Assembly (NCBI GenBank): GCA_016204045.1
Contig: JACQLQ010000004.1
Span: 164,927 to 228,926 of the forward strand
Direction: 5' to 3'
DNA length: 64,000 nt
Source: Parcubacteria group bacterium
GTDB lineage: Bacteria > Patescibacteriota > Minisyncoccia > Phycocordibacterales > UBA2135
This document shows positions 1-9,660 of this stretch, piece by piece; the stretch's first letter is position 1, and each line of letters opens with the position of its first letter. The translations under genes and the position numbers were made by a program. The notes beneath the pieces were generated by a model. The model had not been told where the DNA came from, searched no databases, and saw only the letters and a list, made by a program, of their open reading frames with translations.

Positions 1-271
1 TTTACGAGCGCTTACGAATAAACATAACACTTAATTGCCCCCTATAAGGGGCGAACCCGCAAAAACCTTAGAAACTATGGAGTTTTACACCCGCAACTCA
101 ATCAAGCTGAAATTATCTTCCCATTATAGTCAAGACAAGGAATTTGTCAAGAAAGTCAACCTTTGGCTGTGGATAACTGCATTGAGTGTCCGTAGGTAGA
201 CATGGGATGTTTGATGATTCCATAATGTTCTTGTATCATTGCACCAGCAATCAAAACTGTAGGAGAAGTGG

Positions 272-520
272 GTGTTCGACAAGATTATCGACATATTTAA
301 AAGAAAATGGAAACCGCCCATTATCCACCCAATAGGGTTACTGGGACGGCCTTTAGATTTTTACACCTGTACTGGTTGCGGTGGTATTGGTTTTTATGCC
401 AAGGATAAAGTTCTTCATCACGTCGGCTGCCCGCATTATCCTTCCGAGGGCGACCGTGAATCCCAAGAAATGTGGAAAGCGCGACCACTGCCCGCGGTGC
501 CGATTGATCGCGTTCCATAA
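272..520 (+). CDS. small Cys/His-rich hypothetical protein (GTG start), possible zinc-binding
   Basis: GGAG about 7 nt upstream of the GTG; CTGCGG...HHVGCPHYP Cys/His cluster; stop followed directly by a hairpin plus T-run. Confidence 0.4.
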   Translation: MFDKIIDIFKRKWKPPIIHPIGLLGRPLDFYTCTGCGGIGFYAKDKVLHHVGCPHYPSEGDRESQEMWKARPLPAVPIDRVP

Positions 521-542
521 ACCAGCACTGCTGGTTTTTTTA
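519..542 (+). terminator. rho-independent terminator
   Basis: aaaccagcaCTGctggttt hairpin followed by a T8 run. Confidence 0.6.
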
Positions 543-620
543 TTTCGTCGAGTGAGGATGCGAAATGAGAGCTTGTTCTCATTTTGTCCGAACGAAGACG
601 AAATATGAGACAAGGTGCTC

Positions 621-1304
621 TTATTTTCTCTTGCCTTTCCGCCACTCTGCTATCTTCTTATGATCTCCGGAGAGAAGAATTTTGGGTACGCGATACTTTT
701 TGCCCTTGTGTTCGAGCACTTCTGGGCGCGTGTAGTGAGGATACTCGAGCACTCCCCCTTGTAACTCCCCTTTCAACGTTTCACTCCAAAAAGATTCTTC
801 TTTGAGAGACTCAAGTGTAATGACGCCAGGTATGAGACGCGCAACAGCAGAGACAATAATCATCGCTCCCACATCGCCGTCGGTGAGTACGTATGGTCCA
901 ACGGAGATTTCCTCTGCTTTGAGTATAGTCTTCACGCGCTCATCGATTCCCTCGTAGCGGCCAGCGATCAAGATGATGCGGTCAAAGTCCTGTGCCAATG
1001 CATGCGCGCGCTTTTGTGTGAACTGCTTACCTTTTGCGGAGAGAAGTATGATTCTAGTTTTTTGTTTACTTTTCTTTTTTGTGATCGACTCCACTGCTCG
1101 CAAGATCGGCTCCGCCTTCATGACCATCCCCGCCCCACCGCCATAAGGCTTATCATCAGCGACCATGTGCTTGCCATGAGTAAAGTCGCGAAGGTTGTGC
1201 ACCTTCACGATAATTTTTTTCTTATCTTGAGCACGCTTCAAAATAGATTGCTCTAGATATGAAAAAGCTTCTGGGAAGAGGGTGATGATGTGGAATTCGG
1301 TCAT
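621..1304 (-). CDS. trmD: tRNA (guanine37-N1)-methyltransferase
   Basis: Full-length TrmD-like sequence (MTEFHIITLFPE..., YGGGAGMVMK, LLSAKG); adjacent to rpsP and a KH protein as in the conserved operon. Confidence 0.93.
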   Translation of the reverse strand: MTEFHIITLFPEAFSYLEQSILKRAQDKKKIIVKVHNLRDFTHGKHMVADDKPYGGGAGMVMKAEPILRAVESITKKKSKQKTRIILLSAKGKQFTQKRAHALAQDFDRIILIAGRYEGIDERVKTILKAEEISVGPYVLTDGDVGAMIIVSAVARLIPGVITLESLKEESFWSETLKGELQGGVLEYPHYTRPEVLEHKGKKYRVPKILLSGDHKKIAEWRKGKRK

Positions 1305-1386
1305 ACTCTATACCCTATACTAAAGGTTAGACGCCGCAAAACAAAACTCCCCCGATCTAAATTGAGGGAGTTTTGTTTTTGAAAGT

Positions 1387-1713
1387 TTAAAGTTTGAGGT
1401 CTTCCATCGCCTGGTCAACGCTTCGTGAAGCGCTTCCCGGAGCAGTACGCGGTGGTCGTGTAGAACCCTCTGGCTCGTTAATCTTAAGGTTAACGCGCGC
1501 GTGGTTCTTCAAACCAACGATGCGAAGAAGTGTGCGGATCGCCTTTGCAGTTGCACCTCCGCGACCAATAATAGTACCCATATCCGTTTGAGCTACATCA
1601 AGCGTCAAGAGAACGCCCATTTCGTCGACTTCGCGCTTCACTTTCACTACGTCAGGACTGTCGACTAATGCCTTAACAACATACTCAAGAAACTCCTGGT
1701 CTCGTTCTGCCAT
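1387..1713 (-). CDS. KH-domain RNA-binding protein (YlqC/UPF0109-like)
   Basis: IGRGGATAKAIR KH GXXG motif; position between rpsP and trmD. Confidence 0.8.
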   Translation of the reverse strand: MAERDQEFLEYVVKALVDSPDVVKVKREVDEMGVLLTLDVAQTDMGTIIGRGGATAKAIRTLLRIVGLKNHARVNLKINEPEGSTRPPRTAPGSASRSVDQAMEDLKL

Positions 1714-1817
1714 ATGAATAACAACAATTGCTTAACTATTAATCGGCCCACTAGGGATAGAAAAGCCCGCGTGGTTATGACAAGTATACACAAATGAGGA
1801 GAAAAGTCAACCCCTTT

Positions 1818-2162
1818 TTACGCCTTCGGCGCTTCTGCTGCAGGTGCTTCGGGTGCAGCGGCTGGAGCTGCGGCTTCTTCTACCACTGCTCCGGCAATAT
1901 TCTTCTTTGACGCGACATCGCGCTTCTTGCCCTTAATGACGCCTGTGCGGACGAGGAGGTTGTGCACAGCATCTGATGGGTGTGCCCCTGTTTTCAAATG
2001 TGTTTCTACGCGGTCTTTCTGTATCTCTGTCTTCCCAGTCATTGGGTTGTGCCAACCCAAAACCTCCAAGAACTTTCCGCTCTTGGTGCTGTGGCGTTTG
2101 TCAGTCACAACAACCCTAAAGAAGGGCTGGTTTTTCTTTCCGAAGCGCTGAAGACGAATCAT
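1818..2162 (-). CDS. rpsP: 30S ribosomal protein S16, with Ala/Pro-rich C-terminal tail
   Basis: MIRLQRFGKKNQPFFRVVVTD... S16 signature; start taken at the third Met of the ORF. Confidence 0.93.
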   Translation of the reverse strand: MIRLQRFGKKNQPFFRVVVTDKRHSTKSGKFLEVLGWHNPMTGKTEIQKDRVETHLKTGAHPSDAVHNLLVRTGVIKGKKRDVASKKNIAGAVVEEAAAPAAAPEAPAAEAPKA

Positions 2163-2198
2163 TAACATGAAAGTGATGGTAGCAAAGACTTAAAGAGT

Positions 2199-2328
2199 GG
2201 TCAACCCCGTACGAAGTCGCGAACGCCACGAACCTTGCGTCTAGTGGAATGCTACGTTTTCCATAAACAGGTACTCTGTTGCGGGTAATGCATAATCCGT
2301 TCGCGTTCTACTTCGTACGGGGTCAACC
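2199..2328. repeat. long imperfect inverted repeat (about 26-bp arms, about 75-nt loop) between pepA stop and rpsP start
   Basis: ggtcaaccccgtacgaagtcgcgaacg at 2199-2225 pairs with cgttcgcgttctacttcgtacggggtcaacc at 2298-2328 (14-bp perfect core). Confidence 0.6.
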
Positions 2329-3738
2329 CTATTTATATGTCTGGAGTAATTTGACGAGGAGGCGCACCGGAACCCCTGTCGCCCCCTTCCCTAGATAATC
2401 GCTCGGAATTGAGGTCATACGTGGGGCAATATCGATGTGCACCCACGGATATCCTTCCGCAAATTGGAGCAAGAACACGGCGCCATCGATGACATCACCT
2501 CCTTGTGCCCCATTTGTGGGAATGTTTGCGACGTCTGCAAAAACACCCTTCACATCTTCCTCATATTCCTCCCAGAGTGGCATGGGCCATACATAGTCCC
2601 CACTCTCTTCACCGAGTCGCACAAAAAGTTTCTGAAGATTCTCATCTTTGGTGAGAATAGCTGAGGCCTTCTGCCCCAAGGCTGCAATGGAGCTCCCCGT
2701 GAGCGTCGCAACATCGACAACAAGTCGCGGTTTGTATTTCTTTGCATACGAAAGCGCGTCAGCCAGGATAAGCCGTCCTTCTGCGTCAGTGTTCAGCACT
2801 TCTATGGTCTTCCCAGAATGCGAGCGCACAATGTCGCCCGGACGGATGCTGTCTCCCGAGACTGCGTTCTCCGCGGCGGGAATAAGCGCAATAACATTCC
2901 TCTTAATCCCGAGCTTCTCTGCAAGCACAACCGCGAGCATGACTGCGGCACCTCCCGACATATCCATGTGCATGTCGGTCATGGCACGTCCCGGCTTCAC
3001 ATTGAGCCCACCCGTGTCAAAGGTGATCCCCTTCCCAACGAGGACGATTGGCTTCTCACTCTTTCGCCCTCCGCGATAGTCCATGATGATAAAGCGAGGT
3101 TCCGCTTTGGCTCCACGCCCAACACCCAAGATTGCACCCATCTTCTCGCGCTCGAGCTCGCTCTTCCCAAATACAGTGACCTTGATCGATGTGCCGTGCG
3201 ATAGCGTCTCTGCCGCTTCTGCAAGCTTCTCGGGAGTCATATCTCCACCTGGAGTGTTGGATAATACACGAGCTTCGTTAACTCCCATGCCAATGATTGC
3301 TCCGCGCTCAATGCCACGGGCAAAATTTTTGGAGCGTTTGAGATCGACAATGGTGAGCTTCTCCACATCTCGCCATCCTTCTTTTGGTTTTGTTTTAAAA
3401 AGATTGAAATCAAAATTCGCCAACTCGGCTTCGCGAGCAATGAGCACGCCGAGCTCTTCTGCCGAAAGCTTGAGCTTGGGAAATACAAATTCCGAGAGAG
3501 TGAGTACTACCTCGGTCGAACGATTAGCTTTTGCGGTCCGTATGATACGACGAATGAGGGATATTAATTTGCGAGGGGTCATGTCTTTGCGCTCACCAGT
3601 GCCGACACGCATGATGCGTCGTCCATCCTCGCGAATGTTTTCCCACTCCTTCGTGCTATAATCGAGCGTTACAAAAACACGCTTTTCTGTTTCGCGTTTA
3701 TCCGCTACTAATTTCTTGTGTTGAATGGAAATTTGCAT
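2329..3738 (-). CDS. pepA: leucyl aminopeptidase (M17 family)
   Basis: NTDAEGRLILADAL M17 signature; VGKGITFDTGG. Confidence 0.93.
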   Translation of the reverse strand: MQISIQHKKLVADKRETEKRVFVTLDYSTKEWENIREDGRRIMRVGTGERKDMTPRKLISLIRRIIRTAKANRSTEVVLTLSEFVFPKLKLSAEELGVLIAREAELANFDFNLFKTKPKEGWRDVEKLTIVDLKRSKNFARGIERGAIIGMGVNEARVLSNTPGGDMTPEKLAEAAETLSHGTSIKVTVFGKSELEREKMGAILGVGRGAKAEPRFIIMDYRGGRKSEKPIVLVGKGITFDTGGLNVKPGRAMTDMHMDMSGGAAVMLAVVLAEKLGIKRNVIALIPAAENAVSGDSIRPGDIVRSHSGKTIEVLNTDAEGRLILADALSYAKKYKPRLVVDVATLTGSSIAALGQKASAILTKDENLQKLFVRLGEESGDYVWPMPLWEEYEEDVKGVFADVANIPTNGAQGGDVIDGAVFLLQFAEGYPWVHIDIAPRMTSIPSDYLGKGATGVPVRLLVKLLQTYK

Positions 3739-4050
3739 ACAATAAGTAATTCGTATGTTCTAGATAAAAAAGAAGGGCGCCACAATCCCAGGAACTTCCA
3801 GGAATCGCGGCGCCCAGTCCCGAACCGCGGGAGGTCGTGAACGGCTCGGCTGCGAACACTCAAGCGTACCTCGGAATGTCCAACCAAGGAGCGAGCGTCC
3901 GGAGAAGGCCCGCCGGAGCGTGCGCCTGCGGCAGATGGGAGGGGGTCCACCGCTAGCGCACAGCTCCGACGGAACTGTAGAACTGCTTGGCGTAGTATAG
4001 CAAAAAGCGTTTCTGTTGTCAAGAAGAATAAAAAATGTAACAATACCCTT

Positions 4051-6003
4051 ATGAAAAAAGAAGAGAACGGAAGGAAAAAGCTTGAAGTGCAAGGAAATAT
4101 CAGAATTAGCTCACGAGGAATAGGCTTTCTCAGTGCGGAAGAATCTCCAGACAAAGACATCGAGATTGATCCCGCATATTTGAATACTGCTCTCCATGGA
4201 GACCTTGTCAGAGCGCTTGTCCACCCAGGACCAGGCACGACAAAGTTGGCAGAGACAACGCGAGGCGAAGTGCTCGAGGTGCTCATGCGCGCACGACAAG
4301 AGTTTGTCGGCACCATAAAGAACGAGGGAGGACTTTTCTTCCTTGATCCGGAGTCTCGCAGGATGTATACCGATATCGCTATTCCCCAAGACAAGCTGGG
4401 TAAGGCGCAAGCTGGTGATAAAGCTATTGTCAAAATCACAAAATGGACTGACTCCAAGAGACCTCCGCTCGGAGAGGTGTTGGAAGTCATTGGTCAGGCT
4501 GGGAAACACGAAACCGAGATGCGCGCCGCGGCGCTCGAGCGAGGATTTCGCCTCTCGTTCTCCAAAGAAGTACTTGCCGAAGCCGATGATATCAAAAAAA
4601 GGGCGGCGGAAATCTTTGCGGACGAACTGTCGGTACGACGCGACCTTCGTGATCTCCCGACATGCACCATTGACCCGGCAGATGCCAAGGACTTTGACGA
4701 CGCACTATCGATCGTGACACTTCCTAATGGCGACTTCGAGATTGGCGTCCATATCGCTGACCCGTCTTTCTATGTGAAGCGCGGCACAGCAATCGACAAA
4801 GAAGCTTCGAGGCGTGCCACATCCGTCTATCTCGTCGACCGCACCATACCGATGCTCCCTGAAGTGCTCTCCAATGACCTGTGTAGTTTGAACCCCAACG
4901 AAGACAAGCTCGCCTTCTCGGCTGTCTTCGAGATGGACAAGCATGCAAACGTGAAGAAGCGCTGGTTCGGTAGAACAATCATCAATTCCAAAAAACGTTT
5001 TACGTACGAAGATGCGCAGAAGACGCTTGACGAAAAGAAGGGTGTCTTTGCGGCAGAGCTTGCCTTGCTCGACATGCTCTCAAAAAAGCTTGGGGAAAAG
5101 CGCAAAGAAGCAGGTGCACTGTCGTTCGAAAGAGACGAAGTGCGCTTCGAGATTGATCGCGATGGAAAACCTGTCCGTATCTACAAAAAGCCCCGCCTTG
5201 AGACAAATAAGTTGATTGAGCACTTCATGGTGCTCGCCAATACTGAAGTCGCACACTTCATGGCCTCTGTTAGCAAGCGCATCGAAGAGTCCTTCGTCTA
5301 TCGAGTCCACACTGTGCCCAAAGAGGACAAAATGCGGGAAATCATAAACCTCATGCACGCGCTTGGCTACCAGGTACCACGTGGCAAAACCGACTGGACC
5401 GCAAAAGATGTCGGCAAACTCCTTGAGAGCGTTAAGGGCCAAGAACACGAACAAATCATCCAGATGGCGACCATCCAGGCAATGGCGAAGGCTGTTTATG
5501 CAACAAAAAACATTGGACACTTCGGTCTGTCTCTCTCGCACTACACACACTTTACCTCGCCCATCAGACGCTACCCCGACACCATGGTACATCGCATGCT
5601 AGGAGACTGCTTAGAGAAAAGGGAAATCCCCGATGAAGAGCTCGCCGAATATGAAGCAATGTCTCGTTATGCCACCGAACAGGAAATCGCCGCCAATGAA
5701 GCCGAGTGGGCATCGGAGCGATTTAAGCATGCGGAATATCTTGCAACCCGCATCGGCACAATCTATGAGGGGACGATTACTGGTCTTATGGAAAAGGGTA
5801 TCTTTGTCTCTGTGAATGAGACACTCTCTGAAGGAATGGTGCGGCTCCGCGATATTAGAGACGACTTCTACCTCTTAGATGAAACAACATTTAGTATTGT
5901 TGGACAAAAAAAGAAGCGTAAGTTTTCACTTGGCGATAAGGTGAAGATAAAGGTAAAAAAAGTGGATGTCGAGAAGCGACTCATCGATTTCGAGTTTGTC
6001 TAG
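4051..6003 (+). CDS. rnr: ribonuclease R (RNB domain plus C-terminal S1)
   Basis: HFGLSLSHYTHFTSPIRRYPD RNB motif; C-terminal S1-like GTITGLMEKGIFV. Confidence 0.93.
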   Translation: MKKEENGRKKLEVQGNIRISSRGIGFLSAEESPDKDIEIDPAYLNTALHGDLVRALVHPGPGTTKLAETTRGEVLEVLMRARQEFVGTIKNEGGLFFLDPESRRMYTDIAIPQDKLGKAQAGDKAIVKITKWTDSKRPPLGEVLEVIGQAGKHETEMRAAALERGFRLSFSKEVLAEADDIKKRAAEIFADELSVRRDLRDLPTCTIDPADAKDFDDALSIVTLPNGDFEIGVHIADPSFYVKRGTAIDKEASRRATSVYLVDRTIPMLPEVLSNDLCSLNPNEDKLAFSAVFEMDKHANVKKRWFGRTIINSKKRFTYEDAQKTLDEKKGVFAAELALLDMLSKKLGEKRKEAGALSFERDEVRFEIDRDGKPVRIYKKPRLETNKLIEHFMVLANTEVAHFMASVSKRIEESFVYRVHTVPKEDKMREIINLMHALGYQVPRGKTDWTAKDVGKLLESVKGQEHEQIIQMATIQAMAKAVYATKNIGHFGLSLSHYTHFTSPIRRYPDTMVHRMLGDCLEKREIPDEELAEYEAMSRYATEQEIAANEAEWASERFKHAEYLATRIGTIYEGTITGLMEKGIFVSVNETLSEGMVRLRDIRDDFYLLDETTFSIVGQKKKRKFSLGDKVKIKVKKVDVEKRLIDFEFV

Positions 6004-6046
6004 AAAAAACCCGCCAGAGGCCCGGAGGCATGGCGAGTAACTTTAT

Positions 6047-6997
6047 TTAACCGCGGAGATGTGCGGCGGTAACTTCGTGCGGCCACGGGAGTGTGATCGG
6101 CCCGCCCTCAAAGTGGGCAAGCGGATATTCCATTGCACCCCACATGCTAAGGATTGGGCAATAATCCGCGTAGAGGAACGCGCCTTCGGAGGAAATGCGG
6201 ACCAAGACAGTGAACTCCGGCGGCATGCCTTGTGTGCTCATCCACTTTTCGTTGCCACGCTTGACGATCCAATCGATGATGCTGGCAACATCAAAAGCGG
6301 TATGAACATCAAACTTTGGAGGGTAAACTTTTTTCGAAACGATCATGCACTCGCCCGCGCGTACACCCAGAGCGCGAACCTGGAGATCGTGCTCCTCGTG
6401 AACGAAGAGCGGAGAAGGCACATCATAATTGACTGCCCGTGTCTTGAGTGGACGCTCCGGCCGTACCTCAACCACGTGCCAGTGCAGATGTCCCACGTTT
6501 TGACCGGCGCTCGCCCCGACGTGAACGAACGCAGCCATTTCGGTTTTGGCACCCTCCGCCATGTCTTTCTCAATGACCATGCGCACAGCCTGGAGTGCCC
6601 CGATAATCCCGACGCCACCACCCAATGTTTGCACCATCTCTTCGTCCCAACATGCGTGCGGGATGACGAGCCGATGACGACGGTGGGGTGTGAACGGATT
6701 GGAAACCGCTCGCCAACCATACGGAATCGCGGGAATGTCTACTTCCTCTTGCGGCTTGGTGCAATATGGGCACGTCTCCTTTGCGATTGGCAAGGGTGTC
6801 TGCCACGGCCGAGACAACCTGATTTGGTTTCTCGTCCCACCACTCACAAGACGAGTGAAGCCACCAATGAGTCTTTCCGCAAAAAACGGATCGTCTGCTT
6901 CTCGTGTCTTTCCCATTTGCTTCTCTTTGTCTCCCCACGCCGTCGGGATGACAGCTTCGACTGCGCAGAACATACCATCTTTTGCATGACCTGTCAA
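6047..6997 (-). CDS. HIT-superfamily nucleotidyltransferase (GalT / Ap4A-phosphorylase-like)
   Basis: CPYC pair plus GHLHWHVV His-triad about 113 aa later, GalT-like spacing; the true start may be an internal Met. Confidence 0.55.
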   Translation of the reverse strand: MTGHAKDGMFCAVEAVIPTAWGDKEKQMGKTREADDPFFAERLIGGFTRLVSGGTRNQIRLSRPWQTPLPIAKETCPYCTKPQEEVDIPAIPYGWRAVSNPFTPHRRHRLVIPHACWDEEMVQTLGGGVGIIGALQAVRMVIEKDMAEGAKTEMAAFVHVGASAGQNVGHLHWHVVEVRPERPLKTRAVNYDVPSPLFVHEEHDLQVRALGVRAGECMIVSKKVYPPKFDVHTAFDVASIIDWIVKRGNEKWMSTQGMPPEFTVLVRISSEGAFLYADYCPILSMWGAMEYPLAHFEGGPITLPWPHEVTAAHLRG

Positions 6998-7037
6998 ACT
7001 CTAGATAGATACTACTCCGACAAACAAAAAAGCGGGG

Positions 7038-7349
7038 TTAGCCCGCAATTTTGACTTTCGTATATGGTTGCCTGTGTCCCCTCTTTTTGAATTGACGTAC
7101 TTTTGATTTGTAGCGGATGACAACTACCTTCTCACCCCTGCCGGTCTCCAGGACTTCTGCCTTCACGGTAGCCCCTGCTACATAAGGAGTCCCGACTTTA
7201 ACCTCTTTACCGTCGTCCAAAAGGAGCACCTTGTCGAAGGTGATGGTGCTGCCGGCCTGCTCATCTGTGGCAAGCTTTTCAATAATAAGTTGTTCTCCCG
7301 GGGCTACCTTGTACTGCTTGCCGCCGGTTTCGATAATTGCGAGCTTCAT
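7038..7349 (-). CDS. rplU: 50S ribosomal protein L21
   Basis: MKLAIIETGGKQYKV... canonical L21. Confidence 0.95.
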   Translation of the reverse strand: MKLAIIETGGKQYKVAPGEQLIIEKLATDEQAGSTITFDKVLLLDDGKEVKVGTPYVAGATVKAEVLETGRGEKVVVIRYKSKVRQFKKRGHRQPYTKVKIAG

Positions 7350-7447
7350 AAATATGTTTTTTGTTCAAATGACTATACCAGAAACCCCTAAAAAAAGCAA
7401 AAGCCTGTTCTGTAAGCGAGAGAACAGGCTTGTATATCGTTGTCCAT

Positions 7448-7894
7448 TTACCTTCGGATGCCAGTTTTCCGGCTACTCCCGCGTGTAACAGCAGCCATAT
7501 CACCCATAAGGACAATTAGGGCAATAAGACCGGGGAGCAACGCTGCAAACGATTTGTTAAACATCTCGTCAGCCATCTGATTGAGCGGAGGAATACCTGA
7601 CGCGGCAATAGAAAGCCCGACGCCCAGCAAGACGAGACAAAGGGAAGTATTTCCCAAAAAGCTGTCGTTCACCTTAAGCATCAACGCGACCTTATACAAG
7701 AGCGAAACGAGTAGCCAGCAAAACACAAGAAGAGCTGGTAAGCTCTGAAATCCCGCAAAGGCGCGCTCAGCAACTTCAAAAAAGCCGCCGCCGAGGTTAA
7801 AGATAAAGATGATGAGAGCAAGCCCGACCCATCCCCACAGCACATCGAAACGATCTGCGGGGTGCTTCATGCGCAGCCTAGCAAGTGTGCCCAT
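7448..7894 (-). CDS. hypothetical membrane protein
   Basis: Several hydrophobic segments; no recognised motif. Confidence 0.4.
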   Translation of the reverse strand: MGTLARLRMKHPADRFDVLWGWVGLALIIFIFNLGGGFFEVAERAFAGFQSLPALLVFCWLLVSLLYKVALMLKVNDSFLGNTSLCLVLLGVGLSIAASGIPPLNQMADEMFNKSFAALLPGLIALIVLMGDMAAVTRGSSRKTGIRR

Positions 7895-7957
7895 TCATTC
7901 ACCGATCAGGTGTTCTGAAATAACAGTATTGGAAAACATAAGCCTCGTCAATTGAGG

Positions 7958-9013
7958 TTACTCTTCCTCCCGCGCTGGCTTCTCGAGTGCAAGTGGCTCC
8001 ACACCTGCCGCCTTGCCGGTAATGCGGAGCACGTCTTTGTCCACTTTGCCGAACTCTTTGTAAGCATTGTTGTAGTGCGAGACTGTGGTGCCCAGGGCGC
8101 TACCCAACTTCTGCATATACTCTTCGTACCTCCCCACGTGTTTCCCCAGCTCCCCCACTCGCTTCGTAATCTCCTGCGCCTGCTCCTCAATCTGGAGCGC
8201 CTTCAATCCTTGCAGCACTGTCTGCAGATACGCAAGGAACGACGTTGGTGAGACAATAATCACTTTATACTTCCCTGCCGCACGCTGGATTAGGTTCTCT
8301 GTGTCTTCTGTCACGGCCCCCACTTTGTTGACTAAAAGGTCGTAGTAAATCGCTTCGTGTGGAATAAACATAAAAGCAAAGTCCATTGTGTTTTCAGAAG
8401 GGCGAATATACTTCGATGTCTCGACGATTCGGTTTTTGAGGTCATTCACAAAGAGTTTCTCGAGACGGTCCTTTTCCGAAGGGTCTCGCGCTTCAACAAG
8501 TCGGTTATAATTCTCGAGCGAAAACTTCGAGTCGATGGGGATTACTTTGTCTTTTACAAATACAGCGGCGTCAACTATCTCACCATTGGCGAAGGCATAC
8601 TGCATCTGGAAAGCGCCCGGTGGAAGCACATTCTTCAAGAGTGTCTCGAGGTAATACTCTCCTAACACCCCACGCTGTTTGGGGTTCTTTAAAATGTCCT
8701 GGAGATTCTTTAATTGATCGGCAAACGACACCACCTGCCGGTTTGTTTCATCGAGCTTGGTCAAGCGCTCCGTGACATCGCGAATAATGTTCGATGATTC
8801 GCGATACTGGTTCCGCATGGACTCCGTCATGGTCTCATGCGAACGCGTGAGCTTTTCATCCATGACCCTGGAGAGCTCCTGCATCTGCTGTTGGAGAAGG
8901 AGGAAATTGTCAGCACCAGGTTTTTGAGTCCGAGTCCGTAAAAAAAGCCAGAGAAAAGCTCCGACAACGGCACCGCCGACGATGAGACCAATTATAAGAG
9001 GAAGAAAATTCAT
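7958..9013 (-). CDS. rmuC: DNA recombination protein RmuC
   Basis: N-terminal TM segment, long coiled-coil, then RmuC nuclease-like C-terminus (FMFIPHEAIYYDLL). Confidence 0.88.
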   Translation of the reverse strand: MNFLPLIIGLIVGGAVVGAFLWLFLRTRTQKPGADNFLLLQQQMQELSRVMDEKLTRSHETMTESMRNQYRESSNIIRDVTERLTKLDETNRQVVSFADQLKNLQDILKNPKQRGVLGEYYLETLLKNVLPPGAFQMQYAFANGEIVDAAVFVKDKVIPIDSKFSLENYNRLVEARDPSEKDRLEKLFVNDLKNRIVETSKYIRPSENTMDFAFMFIPHEAIYYDLLVNKVGAVTEDTENLIQRAAGKYKVIIVSPTSFLAYLQTVLQGLKALQIEEQAQEITKRVGELGKHVGRYEEYMQKLGSALGTTVSHYNNAYKEFGKVDKDVLRITGKAAGVEPLALEKPAREEE

Positions 9014-9070
9014 AGAGATCAGGGAAGGACGTCATTTAATTGTATCACAGACGATGGTATACTTGTTTCT

Positions 9071-9520
9071 ATGCATGAGAAGATAAAAAGTGATGTTAAA
9101 GAAGCACTTAAAGCACGTAACCAGTTAAAACTTTCTTTTGCGCGCAACCTCCTCGCCGCATTTACTAATGAGCTTGTGGCAAAGCGGCAAAAGCCAGATG
9201 GCATACTCTCTGATGAAGACGCCCTTGCGGTCATACGACGATTAGCAAAACAACGACGCGATTCCATCGAGCAATTCCAGGCGGGTGGACGAAACGATCT
9301 TGTCGAAAAAGAGCAAGCGGAGCTTGCGTACTTAAACGCCTATCTCCCACAGATGATGAGCCGCGAGGAAGTGCTCGCTGTCGCAGAGAAGAAAAAGACG
9401 GCACTAAGAGTATCTCAAAAAAGCGACATGGGCAAGCTCATGGGTGCGGTTATGGCCGAATTGCGAGGAAAAGCAGACGGTATGGTTGTGAAAGAAGTTA
9501 TTGATTCGCTTTTGACCTAG
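9071..9520 (+). CDS. yqeY: GatB/YqeY domain protein
   Basis: About 149 aa; AELAYLNAYLPQ and MGKLMGAVMAELRGKADG YqeY motifs. Confidence 0.85.
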   Translation: MHEKIKSDVKEALKARNQLKLSFARNLLAAFTNELVAKRQKPDGILSDEDALAVIRRLAKQRRDSIEQFQAGGRNDLVEKEQAELAYLNAYLPQMMSREEVLAVAEKKKTALRVSQKSDMGKLMGAVMAELRGKADGMVVKEVIDSLLT

Positions 9521-9595
9521 CCTCATCTCGAATAGCTAGCTCCTAATGAGCCCACACACCGAAACAACGAACAGTCCGCATGATTGGTTGAGTTT

Positions 9596-9624
9596 GTTGA
9601 CTTTAGTTAAAAAGACTGTTATAG
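9596..9624 (+). promoter_or_regulatory. sigma70-like promoter (TTGACT-17-TATAGT)
   Basis: -35 TTGACT at 9596-9601, 17-nt spacer, -10 TATAGT at 9619-9624, upstream of the 9661 ORF. Confidence 0.45.
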
Positions 9625-9660
9625 TTCTTTCGGAAGCAGAGCCTTGAAGAAGGGTAGCCG

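Noticed and set aside
3775-3995. RNase P RNA, SRP RNA or tmRNA in the GC-rich intergenic block
   Set aside because: Hallmarks are absent on either strand: GGAAAGUCCGGGCUCC / ACAGAAACCCGGCUUA (RNase P), GUCCGGAAGGAAGCAGC (SRP), and the tRNA-like GGUUCGA..CCA end (tmRNA). The block is kept only as an unexplained possible ncRNA.
3708-4490. 260-aa and 110-aa minus-strand ORFs spanning the pepA/rnr intergenic region and the rnr 5' end
   Set aside because: They are driven by the GC-rich intergenic block, overlap the well-supported rnr start, and their translations are Ser/Arg/Pro-rich with no motif.
6059-7054. 331-aa plus-strand ORF fully overlapping the HIT/GalT-like gene
   Set aside because: The minus-strand frame carries the CxxC and HxHxH HIT motifs and a plausible start. 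The plus-strand product is low-complexity antisense.
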